Shown: positions 49,640 through 64,000 of the stretch, one piece after another
How the letters are laid out: the number at the start of each line of letters is the position of its first letter
Numbering within the stretch: the first letter of the stretch is position 1
Assembly (NCBI RefSeq): GCF_006345805.1
Contig: NC_043015.1
Location: 45,198,001-45,262,000 of the forward strand
Length of the DNA: 64,000 nt
Direction: 5' to 3'
Source: Octopus sinensis
Lineage: Eukaryota
The notes under the pieces: model-generated
Told to the model about the DNA's origin: nothing
Database searches by the model: none
Seen by the model: the letters and a program-made list of their open reading frames with translations, nothing else
Position numbers and translations under genes: made by a program

Positions 49640-52600
49640 ATATATATATATATATATATACATAGTCAGTAAATCATAAATCCAAGTTATAGAGCTGTAG
49701 AGTATTTAAAGATATTCATGGCTGGTCAATGGGGTTACCAGGGTTCTGCGTCCATAAAGCACATTAGGGACTGAGAAGATGTTGTGAAGCTAAGTGCTTT
49801 AGGGACGTGAAACCCTGGGTAACCCCACAGGCTGGCCATAACGATATTTATCTAATGCATTAGATTAAATAAACTCTAGTATGTGACTGGTAATATTTTT
49901 TCAATTCAAACTGACAAAGTCAAACTAGGCTGCATGGAAAGTGGAAACATGTCAAACTAGGCTGCATGGAAAGTGGAAACATGTAGCTTTTGTCCCATGC
50001 TGGGATAAACTTCTCCAGTACAACTGTAACAAAAATTCTATGCTTGGTTTAAAAGAATGTGTCATGTATGGAGGTAAGGAGGGGGTGATTTAAAGGGAGA
50101 AAAATTTAACTATTTCCATTCAAGATTAATCTACAAAGCATTTCAGTTACCTCCCTTATATAGCCAATTGTTACTTCAAATATATTCTTTTATAAATTTC
50201 AGCTTGGCAGAATCGTTAGCATGCTGGTCGAAATGCTTAGCAGTATTTCGTCTGTCTTTACATTCGGAGTTCAAATTCCGCCGAGGTCGACTCTGTCTTT
50301 TATCCTTTCGGGATCGATAAATTAAGTACCAGCTGCGTACTGAGGTCGATTTAATCGACTGGCCCCTCCCACAAAATTTCAGTCACTGAACTATGGCTGT
50401 TATGAGCATACCTTTAAGGATCTTTAGTTGATAATAGCCAATCACAGCCTTTATTTCTAACCCAGTACTTATCTAATTGATCTTAGTTAAATATCTAGAC
50501 TTTTGACTTAAAGGGATGCAACATGCCACACTTCTTTTATACCTATTTCTTTATTACCCACAAGGGGCTAAACATAGAGGGGACAAACAAAGACAGACAT
50601 AGGTATTAAGTCGATTACATTGACCCCAGTGCATAACTGGTACTTAATTTATCGACCCCGAAAGGATGAAAGGCAAAGTCGACCTCGGCGGAATTTGAAC
50701 TGACAACGTAGCGGCAGACGAAATACCGCTAAGCATCTCGCCCGGCGTGCTAATGGTTCTGCCAGCTCACCGCCTTTTTTTATACCGATGAACATGAACA
50801 CATGTATGTGCACATACACACACGTTTGTCTTTTTCATGCAAGCATGAGTTGGTGAAGGCATGTGGTTTGGTGCTTGGGCTATTTAGCTCATGATCGTAT
50901 GGTTGTGAGTTCAAGTCCCGACAGCGCATTGGGTCCTTGAGCAAGATACTTTTATTTCATGTTGCTCCATTTAACTCAGCTGTAGAAATGAGTTGCAACA
51001 TCACTGGTGCCAATCTGTATCAGCCTTTGCCTTTACCTTGGATAACACTGGTAGCGTGGAGAGGGGAGGCAGGTATGCAGGAGCGAATGCTAGCCTTCCA
51101 CAAACAATCTTGCCCTGATTGTGCCTCGGAGGGTAACTTTCTAGGTGCAATCCCATGGTCATTCATGACCGAAGGGTATCTCCTCCTATATATTTGTGTG
51201 TGTATGTATATATACATATATATGAGGGGCTTTTTTCAGTTTTCATCTACCAAATCCACACACAAAAGGCTTTGGCTGGCTCGAAGACACTTGCCCAAGG
51301 TGCCACACAGTGGGACTGACCCCAGAACCATGTGGTTGTTTCTAGACAGCCACGCCTGACAGTATAATCTTGGTTCATAAATTTAATTCATTCCTGAAGG
51401 ACGTTCATCACTCAAAATGTTCATAAACCAAAACTGATTTTCCTGCAGAAATTCAAGAGAAGTCATCGGGAATTTGAGTAAGGATATACACTGAGCTGGA
51501 TAGCAGCTGACACACTCCTCCCCAATACTTCCAGCTTGTTGCAAACTGTTGAAGTCGGCTGGCGTGTTTGTTACTCAAGACATCATTCATCGCCCAAAGC
51601 GTGTTATATGTTTGATCAATTGTTCATATTTTGATTTGTTTGTGATGAGAGGTGCTCGCAAACTGTGGGATTCCACTGTGTGCGCATGCACACACAACAA
51701 GCTTCTACATAGTTCTTGCTTACCAAATTCAATCAAAGGTATTGGTTGACCTGGGTCTGAACCTGAAATATGTGGCTGCAATGAGTTTCTTAACCATACA
51801 GCCATATATATGTTGTTTGTTCCTTCTTGAGCCATGCCTGGCTCATAAGGGCCGGTTTCCCGGTTTCCTTGGCGTATAGGTTCCCCACCTGGATGGGATG
51901 CCGGTCCGTCGCAGGTGAGCTGCAAGATGCAGGAGGAAAGAGTGAGAGACAGTTGTGGCGAAAGAGTCAGCAGAAGTTCACCGTTACCTTCTGCCAGAGC
52001 CGCGTGGAGCTTAGGTGTTTCACTCATAAACACACACATCGCCTGGTCTGAGATTTGAACCCACGATCCCTCGACTGTGAGTCCGCTGTTCCAACCACTA
52101 GGCCACATGCCTCCACACGTGTGTGTGTGTGCAGCTATATTACCATTCTATTATTATTGCTTATTTAATGAGGTGTGCTGGCAGAATCATTAACACGCCA
52201 GGTGAAATGCTTAGCAGTATTTCGCCTGTCGCTACGTTCTGAGTTCAAATTCCGTCAAAGTCGACTTTGCCTTTCATCCTTTTGGGGTCGATTAAATAAG
52301 TACCAGTTACGCACTGCGTTTGATGTAATCGGCTTAATCCCTTCCTCCAAATTTGAGGCCCTATGCTTCCAGTAGAAAGGGTTGTTATTTCTCGTTTCTT
52401 CCTATCGTGGCATCTATTTGTTCAGAGTCATACAGTTATAACGTTGCACTTAAACTCATTTCTCATCTATCACCACAAACTACTCTTTCCTCACCAACCG
52501 ACGAGAGAGACACCTTAATGTGTTTGACCAACCTGCTAGAAATAGCAAACGAATTTCCCTCAAACCATTTATTGGGATCTTAAAAACAGGCACAAGGTCA

Positions 52601-53086
52601 AACAACAAAGTAGCTCAAGATATCCTTTATAAGAACAGGATGGTCATGGTTGGAATATTTTTGATCATAGATTCTGCTCCATTAGAGTTGAACTGGAGCT
52701 AAACATCCACAACAGCCGTTTCCTTTATTGGTTACATAAGTCTTACCATTAAAATTACAGATGCGTGCACAAACTCTCCATGGTATAAATAAACATACAC
52801 CAACTTCCCCAAACGTATCCAAGAAAAACCAACAGAAGTCGTAGAGTTATTTCCAGAGAAATTAGTTTCTATTGAGCGAAAAGTTCCCCGGTTTCGTGAC
52901 CAAACTCGATAATAATGGCGTGAAACTCTCTAAAGACCAGCCAAACGAAAATCTCTTAATCCAATCATGAACAATAGGGTTTACACAAAACGAGGCCAGA
53001 AAAAGCAATGATTTGCAGCTTGAAGAAGAAGAGAAGGAAAAGCATGATTGAGTGTGTATTATACGTACATACATAGATGCACGCAC

Positions 53087-53126
<40 letters not shown>

Positions 53127-53909
53127 GGGAGAAGGAGAGAGACAGAGATAGATGAAAGAAGCAATTTCTCCTACCATACACACTCGTGCTTCAATAAACT
53201 TATATAAGGTAGCAATACATATGCCCACCATACCCACACAGTAACACTCGTAGTAGATATACAAACCTATAAACGTAGACAAACACACAAATTCCTGAAG
53301 TCACAGAGGTTCAATAAACAAATATATTTATACATGATACTATTGAAAAAGGCTCACACACACAGACACACACACAAACATTCATACATAAACAAACATG
53401 CATACTTATATGTTCACATATCTGGTCGACTACCCATATATATATATATATGCACATAGATTCATACTTAAACACACACACACAACATACAATTATGCAC
53501 ACACACAGACAACATACAATTGCACGCACACACAGACACACACACACACAGAAAGCACCAATAAATCAAAGGAGCCAAAGGGGAAGTAACTCTTAATAAA
53601 AACCAAACAGCAGGAAGCATGTTGATGTTTGCAGCCGATTAAATTAGACACGTTCTCTTCGTTGTTATTTCCTTTGGCATTTTATTTCTTGTTCGCCCTC
53701 TTTGACTCAGCACCAATGAAATGGTTCAGAACTTATCTTTTTCCATCATCATCATGCTAAGCCACGCATTCACAGCTCTCAATAATATGCACACGCACAA
53801 ATAAATGCATAGAAAATTAAGCGCGCACTCACGCAGAGATTCAGATATATAAACAAATATACATACATACGCACGCTCGGACAGATAGACACACACACGA
53901 TATATATAG

Positions 53910-53959
<50 letters not shown>

Positions 53960-54963
53960 GGTTTCGATTACACATATATATATTCACACAAATGTAGATA
54001 TGTATATATATATTTACACGCACTTACACACCAAAGTGACACACATACACAAATTATATATATGTGGTACTACTAAAGAAGAGTGATCCCGGTGCGCGCA
54101 CTCGCGTACTCGCGCTAGCTAGTCGTGACTAGTCGATCCTTACTTTGCGTTTTTGTGTTTTATTTACTTTGTTTTAAAAAAATTATTTACTTTGTGTAAA
54201 AAAATAATTTATTTTGTGTTTTTTTCACTTTGCTAGGTGGTCGTGGTAGCTAAGTTGTACATATATATATATATATATATAATATATATATATAATATAT
54301 ATATATAATATATATATATATATATTATATATATATATACAGAGAGAGAGATTTGAGACGACAGAAATGTGAGGATATGCATTTATGTCAATGCAAAACA
54401 CGCACACAAACAGAAATAAAATATCTGCCATACAAGTGTAACAAACACTCAGAGAAACACACCCATATGCTCATAAACGCCAGTAGTGACAATTAAAACA
54501 TCAAAAGTAGAGGACGAACTAACAAGGTTCAACTTCCTATTAACCTACTGACTGGCTTCCAACGAATTGCAGGTGTGTGTGCATCTGTCTGTATTTTGCG
54601 AACGTGTGCTGCGGAATAGCTTATGCAAGAGAATATGTGTTTGTGTGTGTGTGTTGCTCTAGAAATGTGTACTGGTATGTGTGGAAGTATGTGTGAATTG
54701 GTGTATGTACTTGTGTGTGGTTTATGTGTCAGTGAAATTGGTACATATCGTATGTGTGGTTGTATCCGAATGTTTCGCTGTTGGTGTATGTAAGCTGGTG
54801 AGTGTATGATGTGTATGGATATATTATTGCTGTGTGCATGTTTATGACTGTATTTATCTGTAAATGTGTATGTATGTACACACACATATATATATATACA
54901 CACACACACGCATTTATAAATGTGTATACATATATGTGTGTATATATATATGTGTGTATAAGA

Positions 54964-54994
<31 letters not shown>

Positions 54995-55269
54995 ATGTGT
55001 GTGTGTGTATATATAAATAATGTATCGTCACAATTAGTAACGATGAAATTTTATATATATATATATATTATATTCATGTATGTTATATTGTAATAATTAC
55101 TGGTATCTTTATATATTAATATATTTTATATCTTATATGTAAAGCATAATATGTTATATATGTATGTATATTCTTGTAATTATCAGTTTAGTAAATAAAT
55201 AAATAAGTTAACATAATATAATGTCTAAAAGTTGATGAACCACCTATTGATCCCTCCATTTTCTTATTG

Positions 55270-55334
<65 letters not shown>

Positions 55335-56067
55335 GCATGTTCAAGCTATAGGTAAATGTATTTGTGTAATATACATCTTGTTTCTCTTATCTATATAATT
55401 GGAAAGTATGGTGTTGTGACAGACACTGCTTTATATCAATAGGCCTGTCATGAAACCCCTGGACCCAGAACTTAATGTAGTTTTCATGGTGCACAAGTGA
55501 CTGAGATTACAACACTCTGAAAGGATGCCAGTCCATCCCAGGGTTAAACTTCCCACCTATTGCTGGAACTCACAGCTAAATGGACTGGAACGATGTGTTA
55601 CGAAGTGTTTTGCTCAAGAAAACAATGCAATACCTGGTCTTGGAATTGAAACTACGATCCTACAACTGCTGAGGGCAACACCCTAACCACCAGGCAATGT
55701 GACTTCTCACATTTATATTAATGGCCAAAACATTAAACCATTACTGACCCAGTTCAAGTTCTATGTAACAATGCACAGTTATAATGCAAGGCAGACAAAG
55801 TCCCTATTAAGGGATTTCCTCCACCCTCAATATATGCCCTCCACTCAGCATCCTCATTGTGTCCAACCCCTTGGGTTCCACACTGAACGCAATCTTTTTT
55901 TCCCAGAATATTGGGCTTTCTAGAACTATCTCCATACTCATGTCTTTATCCTGGAAGTGGTGACTTTGTACAAAGAGATTCAGAGAATTGTATGTATGTA
56001 TTTATATCATCATCACCATCATCATCTTTTAACGTCCGTTGTCTATGCTGGCATGGGTTGGACACAA

Positions 56068-56099
<32 letters not shown>

Positions 56100-56635
56100 G
56101 TGCATATATATATGCATATATACGTGCTTATATATGTGCGTTTGGCATATATGTATATGTGTGTATATAAATGTGCATGTGTGTATATATATATATGTGT
56201 GTATATATATATGTGTGTGTGTGTGTAAAAAATATAGGTGCAGGAGTGACTGTGTGGTAGGAAGCTTGCTTCCTAACCACATGGTTCCAGGTTCGGTTCC
56301 ACTGCATGGCAACTTGGGCAACTGCCTTCTACTATAGCCTCGAGTCAACCAAAACCTTGCGAGTGGATTTGGTAGATGGAAACTGAAAGAAGCCCATCGT
56401 GTTACATGTATATATCTCCATGTGTGTGTCTATGTTTATCCTGACATCACCAACCAATGTGGGTGTGTTTACATCCCTGCAACTTAGCGGTTCGGCAAAA
56501 CAAACTGATAGAATAAGTACCAGGCTTTCAAAAAATAAGTACTGGAGTCAATTCCTTTGACTAAAAATTCCTCAAGGCGGTGCCCCAGCATGGCCGCAGT
56601 ATAATGACTGAAACAAGTAAAAGACAATAGACATA

Positions 56636-56700
<65 letters not shown>

Positions 56701-57181
56701 CCATATAAACAATTTATTTATTTTTGAAAAGCCAATACAATGCAAGTTATAAAAAATAAGATATGTCAATGGTTTGTACTTTTATCTTGCATTTTGATAT
56801 TTCTGGGTTAAGACCTTTTTTTTTTTCAGAAAGTCTTTGGAGATTTGGTGTCGTGAACCAGCTTTTCTGTTCAGTACTGTGTGTGTATGTGTGTGTGTGT
56901 GTGTTTATGGAGAAACATGCTCTTGAACATATACACACACACACACACATCTCTTTATCTTTCATCTATCTTTTATGTGTTTAAGTCATTAGACTGCGGC
57001 CATGCTGGGGCACCGACTTGAAAGACTTTTAGTCAAATGAATCGAAAACAGTACTTATTCCTTTTTCCAAACCTGGTACTTGTTCTATCAGTTCCATTTT
57101 CTCAATTACAAGTTAGTGGGACGTAAACACACTGGTTGTCAAGTGGTAGTAGGGAGGGGAAAGACACACAGAAATAAATAA

Positions 57182-57214
<33 letters not shown>

Positions 57215-57984
57215 ATATTATATATATATATATATATCCATCTTCCATTGTCTTCAAAGCCTCATCCCCCAAAAAACAAAACAAAAACAATGTTCTCTTA
57301 TAAACAAAATCCCCCCCACCTGTTTTATATAAATAAGCAAGATACCTGTATATTCACAGAATTGTATTTGACAAGTTTGAAAGACGAACGAAAGCGCTAA
57401 TATGAAAATGAAGATATAATAATAAAAAAAGTTCTTTCCAAAATTCCGACGACTTTTTTTTTTCGATATTCAAATCTGTACATCACACCTAACATTCTAC
57501 ACACACACACACACACACATATATGTATGATGGGCTCCTTTCAGTTTCCATTGACCAAATCCACTCACAAGGCTTTGGTTGGCCCGTGGCTACAGTAGAA
57601 GATACTTGCCCAAGGTGCCATGCAGTGGGACTGAACCTGGAACCATGTGGTTTGGAAAGCAAGCTTCTTAGCACACTGCCATGCTTTTGCCTCAGTGTGT
57701 GTGTGTGTATTCACATTTGTCTTTGTTTACCAGCCCTTCTGCTTGAAAGACAGTTGGTGTTGATTTGTTTGTGTTCCCATAACTTAGCATTTCGGCAAAT
57801 GACCAATAAAATAAATACTAGGATTAAAAAAAAAGTCCTGGGGTCGATTTGTTTGATGAAAGCCCTTCAAGGTGGCGTTCCATCATGGCCACAGTTAAAT
57901 GACTGAAACAAGTAAATGAATAAAAGAATATATACATACATACATATATCATCATCATCATCATCATTTAGCATCTGCTTTCGC

Positions 57985-58281
57985 TATATATATATAGACA
58001 CACATACATACATATATACATACATATATATATACATACATACATACATATATATATATACATACATATATATATACATACATATATATATACATACATA
58101 CATACATATATATATACATACATACATATATATATACATACATATATATATACATACATACATATATATATACATACATACATATATACATACATACATA
58201 TATACATACATACATACATATATACATACATACATACATACATACATACATACATAGATACATATATATATACATAGATAC

Positions 58282-58332
<51 letters not shown>
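57985..58332. repeat. Compound (TA)/(TACA)/(GA) microsatellite
   Basis: Seen directly in the sequence. Confidence 0.95.
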
Positions 58333-58333
<1 letters not shown>

Positions 58334-58766
58334 TGAAAGACAATAGGGGATATAACTATGGCATCAATACCAAAAGTTGTGGAGAGCCTGCAAAGGTCAT
58401 GGGCACTGTCCCTTCCTCAATATCCACGGAAAAAGATAAAACGAAAGAAAGGCAATGTAGGTTGCAATTCATTTGTTGATTTCATGGCATAGCAGCAGAA
58501 ATGCTATAAAACTGAGGCATAATTCATTGGCATGGGGGTCTGCTAAATTCGATTGTTCTTTAAGGAAAAGTTACTGGTGTCATATCAACAAAGAGATTCT
58601 TATCTCCGGTTTACTTAATTCCACACAAACTGGGAATACACTCTAGCTTATCACATACTTCTGTGGAAAGACAAAAAAAAAAAGAATTGACAACTTTCGA
58701 TGGAATGTTTAAGTATTAAAAAGAAAAGTAACTCGAATATATTTACTACACTCAAAATTGAATTAA

Positions 58767-58987
58767 CCCTTTAGCATTTAAACCGGCCATACCCGGCCCA
58801 AATATTCTCCCTTGTTTTATGTTCAAATTGACCAGATCTGGTCTCTCACACCAGCCCTACTATATAATTCTAAAAATGAATAGTTACTTCATCAAAATCT
58901 CAAAGCTACAAGATAATGCAAGATTGATTTAAAACAATGTGAATAAATAAGTATTACTTTTGACCGAATAACATGAATACTAAAGGG
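58767..58987. mobile_element. piggyBac-like MITE (same family as 25739)
   Basis: TTAA-CCCTTTAG...CTAAAGGG-TTAA. Confidence 0.8.
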
Positions 58988-59532
58988 TTAATAGACAATC
59001 TCGTTTTATAGAGAAGAATTAAAACTGTTACTGCCACAGTTGTCTCTTCTTTAACACACATGAGTTCCCAGAGTACAAGTATTGAAGTGTCTCTTTGATA
59101 CATGGCAGTCCTGTTGGGCATTTGTTTTTAGGAGTCGTGCACTGAATGGATGTGGAGGTGCAATGGCCCAGTGGTCAGGGCAGAGGACTCGCGGTTGGAG
59201 GATCACGGTTTCGATTCCCAGACCGGGCGTTGTGTGTGTTTATTGAGTGAAAAACACCTAAAAGCTCCACGAGGCTCCCGTAGGGGGTGGTGGCGACCCC
59301 TGTTGTACTCTTTTACCACAACTTTCTCTCACTCTCTCTTCCTGGTTCTCATTGCTATTACTTTCTCTCACTCCCTCTCAGTCAGGGCTATTACTCTCAC
59401 TACTTCTCCTTCACTGAATTACTATTTTCTCTCCTGCTGGGGGGAACACATATGCCACAGAAACCGGGCCCATGAGCCTGGCTAGGCTTGAAAAGGGCAA
59501 CGTACATATGTACGCACTGAATGGATCTGTGT

Positions 59533-59665
59533 ATATGAGGTGATGTCAAAAGGTTCCCGGACTAGTTATGTTTAATAAAAAATAACTTATTTACCTAAGT
59601 TTTAATATCATTTCCTTTGAAATAGTCACTTTGTACAGCTATATACCCATCACAGCATTCTTGCC
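59533..59665 (-). mobile_element. Mariner-like terminal fragment
   Basis: TIR-like TATGAGGTGATGTCAAAAGGTTCCCGGA; CCTTTGAAATAGTCACTTTG reverse-translates to QSDYFKG, like a mariner GDYFEG C-terminus. Confidence 0.5.
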
Positions 59666-60785
59666 TCTTTTATTATTCAGTTGTTAAACATAAATCATCA
59701 TCATCATCATTTAATGTCCGCTTTCCATGCTAGCATGGGTTGGACGGTACAACTGGGGTCTGGGAAGCCAGAAGGCTGCACCAGGCTCCAGTCTGATCTG
59801 GCAGTGTTTCTACGGCTGGATGCCCTTCCTAACGCCAACCACTCCGTGAGTGTAGTGGGTGCTTTTTACGTGCCAGACAAGGCTGGCAAACAGCCTTGAT
59901 CGGATGGTGCTTTTTACGTGCCACTGGTACAGGGGCCAGGCGAGGCTGGCAATGGCCAAGATCGGATGGTGCTTTTTACATGCAGCCGGCACGAGGCCAG
60001 TCGGGGCGGCGCTGGCAACGGCCACGTTCGGATGGTTCTCTTACGTACCACCGGCACTGGTATCACAGCTGCAATTTCCAATGATGTTGATCAATTTCGA
60101 TTTTCACTTGCCTCAACAGGTCTTCTTGGAATTAAATAATTTTGATTTACTGCCAGGTGACTTTTGACCAACCCTGTATAAATGTACATATGTCAAATGA
60201 CAAAGATCATGATTGTGTAATGAGATGCTGTAAAACCCATCTAACCCATGCTGGCATGGAAGAAAGAGACTTCAAATTATGATGATGGTGATAATGATAA
60301 TGATGATACTTATTCCATTATACATGAATAGCCATAGATCTATATACATACTTACACAAATGAGTATGTTAGTTTTTTTATATGCTGAACTAGATGATCA
60401 CATGCCATCAATAATGACAGCTAATTGTAGTATTTTATATATAAATAAGGTACATAATAATCACACATACATTCACATATTTCCCTTGTACACGCACACA
60501 CATACACACATATACTCACACAGAGTTGAAATGCTGATTTTTTTTCACCCCTTCCTTCCTTATTCATCTATCACCCCGTCCTTTCATTGCTATTACTTTC
60601 TCTCACTCCCTCTCAGTCAGGGCAATTACTCTCACTACTTCTCCTTCACTGAATTACTATTTTCTCTCCTCCTGCATGTCTGGCATGATTCTGGACATAT
60701 ATATATATTTATATATATACACACACACAAATATATATATAAAAACACTACACTCATTATTACAATAGGAGATATTTGCATGTCT

Positions 60786-61011
60786 GGTAAGTTCACTGTC
60801 ACCAGTTCACTACAAGGAAAGTTCACCATCATTAGTTAGTTCACTGCAGCAAAAGTTCACAATCATCAGTTAACCACAGGGAAAGTTCACTGTCACCCGT
60901 TCACTATTTTCTTTTTAATAAAATAGTTTTTAACTGTTAACGATGAGATACTATGGAATATATTTTCTCAGTAAACTTTCCTCACGGTGAACTGATGGCA
61001 GTGAACTTACC
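60786..61011. mobile_element. MITE-like element with internal GTTCAC subrepeats
   Basis: TIRs GGTAAGTTCACTGTCACCAGTTCAC and GTGAACTGATGGCAGTGAACTTACC. Confidence 0.55.
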
Positions 61012-61576
61012 TGTAATTAAATATTTGTGCTTCTCTTGCATGCATATGCATCTATGTATGAGTGCATGAATGCATGCATGCAAGCCTGTATACAAGAATA
61101 AGACAGAGATAAATACAAGGAGAAGGCGATAGAAAGAGGGGGTGGGGTGGGGGAGAAGCGAGCAAGTGAACAGAAAAAGGGTCTAAAATAGGGAGACATG
61201 ACATGAAAGTGGGTAGGTGGGTTCCAGCAGGGTGAGAGCTATGTCACATCTGTTTATATTAAACTTACCAAATAAGCTCATTTTGCTGATATGCCAATTA
61301 AAGTATCACACACCACTAGAGAGACTGCCCCCTCCCTACCCTTGTTATGTTCCGAAACCCTTTATAAGGCACAGCCTCCCTATTGCATCACACCCCACAC
61401 CTTACTGCCATTAGAGCATTTCATATTTAATAATATGTATACATGGAATATATATATATTTATATATAAACACATACACCAATATATATATATATGTTTA
61501 TACGTACACACAGACAAATATGTGCCTGTTAAATATACATAAATATGCATATATATATACATGCATGTGTGCACAT

Positions 61577-61607
<31 letters not shown>

Positions 61608-61983
61608 TATATATATATATACACACAGACATATGTACTTGCATAAGTATAATGTGTTTGCATATTCACCACATATATATGTATAGATGGTGCAATTTAT
61701 ACATACATACATGCATGCACGCACATATATGGACATGCGTACTATATATTTAGAAACATATTTGCATACATGCAAACATCCATGTACATACATTTACACA
61801 CATATATGTATGTATGAATTTACATGCATATACTGAGGTATATAAATAATATGCATACATTAACATTTATACAATACAAATATAAATTTATACAGAGAGA
61901 CAGGCAGGAAGGGGTGAATGCATACACACACATAACCATGTACTTATGTATGCGCATATGCATATATTTACGCATATACATAC

Positions 61984-61984
<1 letters not shown>

Positions 61985-62075
<91 letters not shown>

Positions 62076-62113
62076 AAGGGGGAGATATATAGATGGGTGT
62101 ATCTGCACATGTC

Positions 62114-62164
<51 letters not shown>

Positions 62165-62363
62165 CACACACATGTATATATATATATATATATATATATA
62201 CATTTATATATATTATACATGTATATATATAATATATACATGTAATATATATATATATTATATACATGTATATTATATATATATATATATATATACATGT
62301 ATATATATATATATAATACATGTATATATATATATATATATACATGTATATATATATACATAT

Positions 62364-62397
<34 letters not shown>

Positions 62398-62427
62398 CAT
62401 GTATATATATATATATACATACATATA

Positions 62428-62472
<45 letters not shown>

Positions 62473-62490
62473 GTATATATGTATGTACGT
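61985..62490. repeat. Long compound (TA)n/(GA)n microsatellite
   Basis: Seen directly in the sequence. Confidence 0.95.
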
Positions 62491-63476
62491 ATGTATAACG
62501 GCATATACAGGCTAACATATATTCACACATACATCTTTCTATGTACATGTCCATACATGCTTGATATATACATTTATACATTTACATACATATATACATG
62601 AATGTATGTAACTACTTACATATATTCATGCATAGACACACACACATAGGACACACACATACATACATACAAACATACACATACACATATATATACATGC
62701 TGTCAATGAGACGGGGCCATGGGGGAAGATAATTACAAAAGACAATGGCTGTTATCGGGCTGAAGCATCTATCATATGCAGTAAAGATATTGTCATCAAA
62801 TGATTGAGGATGGACATTATTATCGAGAAATGGAGTGTGTGCATGCGTGTGTGTGTGTGTGTGTGTATGTGTGTGTAAGTGTACATTTGTGTATGTGTGT
62901 GTGTGTGTGTGTCTCTTTAGATAAGTACGCATTTGTGTAAGTGTGTGTATGTGCCTGTCTTCCTGGTTGTATGTATGTATGAGTGTGTGTGTGTGTGTGT
63001 ATGCATCTATCTCTCTGTCTATGTATATGTGTGTCTGTCTGAGTATGCATTTGTGTGTGTATGTGTCTGTGTGTGTATGTGTATGTGTCTGTGTGTGTAT
63101 GTGTATGTGTCTGTGTGTGTATGTGTATGTGTCTGTGTGTGTATGTGTATGTGTCTGTGTGTGTGTATGCATCTATCTTTCTGACTATGTACATGTGTGT
63201 ATGTGTGTGTGTGTGTATGTGTATGTGTGTATGTGTGTGTAAGTATACATTTATGTGTGTGTGTATGTATGGCTATAACATTATGCAACTATGCATTTGC
63301 ATATACAGCAGTATGTGTATTTATGTATGTGTATGGTATTCATTAATACCAAGAGACTAGTTTTTATGAATGTCTCTATGTCCTTCTCTCTCTCTCTCTC
63401 TCTATGTATGAGGATGTATGTGTATATGCATGTATGTATATATACATATAAATGTGCGTGTATGCATGTATTTGTG

Positions 63477-63507
<31 letters not shown>

Positions 63508-63557
63508 ATGTAAGACAGTTATTAATATTGATAGACTAGTGTGTGTTTGTTATGACC

Positions 63558-63559
<2 letters not shown>

Positions 63560-63592
<33 letters not shown>

Positions 63593-63649
63593 TAGTAATA
63601 ATAATAATAATAATAAATAGTAGTAGTAATAATAATAATAATGATGATG

Positions 63650-63690
<41 letters not shown>

Positions 63691-63709
63691 TATAATAATA
63701 ATAAAAATA

Positions 63710-63764
<55 letters not shown>

Positions 63765-63830
63765 TAATAATAATAATAATAAAAATAATAATGATGATAA
63801 TAATAATAATAAAAATAATAAAAATAATAC
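63560..63830. repeat. (AAT)n microsatellite
   Basis: Seen directly in the sequence. Confidence 0.95.
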
Positions 63831-64000
63831 AAAGCAGACTAAAAAGAAATAAATGTGTAACATATCCAAGATGGAAGGAAAGAACAGTGGTTATTAATAT
63901 AGGAATGCAGATAAGGGTGTGTGTGTGCGTGTGTATGTGTGTGTGTGTGTGTGTTTGCATATGTGTGTGTGGATATATATGTCAGAGAAAGAGACGGTGG

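Noticed and set aside
57916-63960. Many Y/I/H/T/C/V-rich ORFs here and at 28864-29618
   Set aside because: They are translations of (TA)n, (CA)n and (AAT)n microsatellites.
46000-64000. RYK transmembrane or WIF-domain exons
   Set aside because: I checked the unique stretches (about 51400-51700, 52750-53050, 58340-58680 and 62700-62835) and found no phase-compatible exon with RYK similarity. They probably lie beyond the window, though a diverged exon could have been missed.

Overview
AT-rich animal genomic DNA full of introns and repeats; the SINE families and microsatellites suggest an octopus or other coleoid cephalopod (inference). Two genes converge tail-to-tail. The last two coding exons of mitochondrial elongation factor G1 (GFM1, + strand) lie at 716-3404. 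Eight exons encoding the whole intracellular part of a RYK/Derailed pseudokinase receptor (- strand) lie at 29503-45998; I found no transmembrane or WIF exon in the window. The rest is tRNA-derived SINEs, LINE fragments (RTE, CR1-like), MITEs (piggyBac-, hAT-, mariner-like), a small Helitron and microsatellites. The most striking feature is an 11.1-kb array (8204-19311) of about 105 copies of a 106-bp unit. It was amplified from inside a single Pol III SINE, and every unit carries a minimal type I hammerhead ribozyme core (CUGAAGA-A, stem II, GAAAC). The core is intact in the first unit and partly degenerate, with a compensatory stem II change, in the others. Three further unrelated minimal hammerhead families occur in Penelope-like terminal fragments, two of them as inverted pairs. 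All structures were read by eye; ribozyme activity and transcription are not shown.
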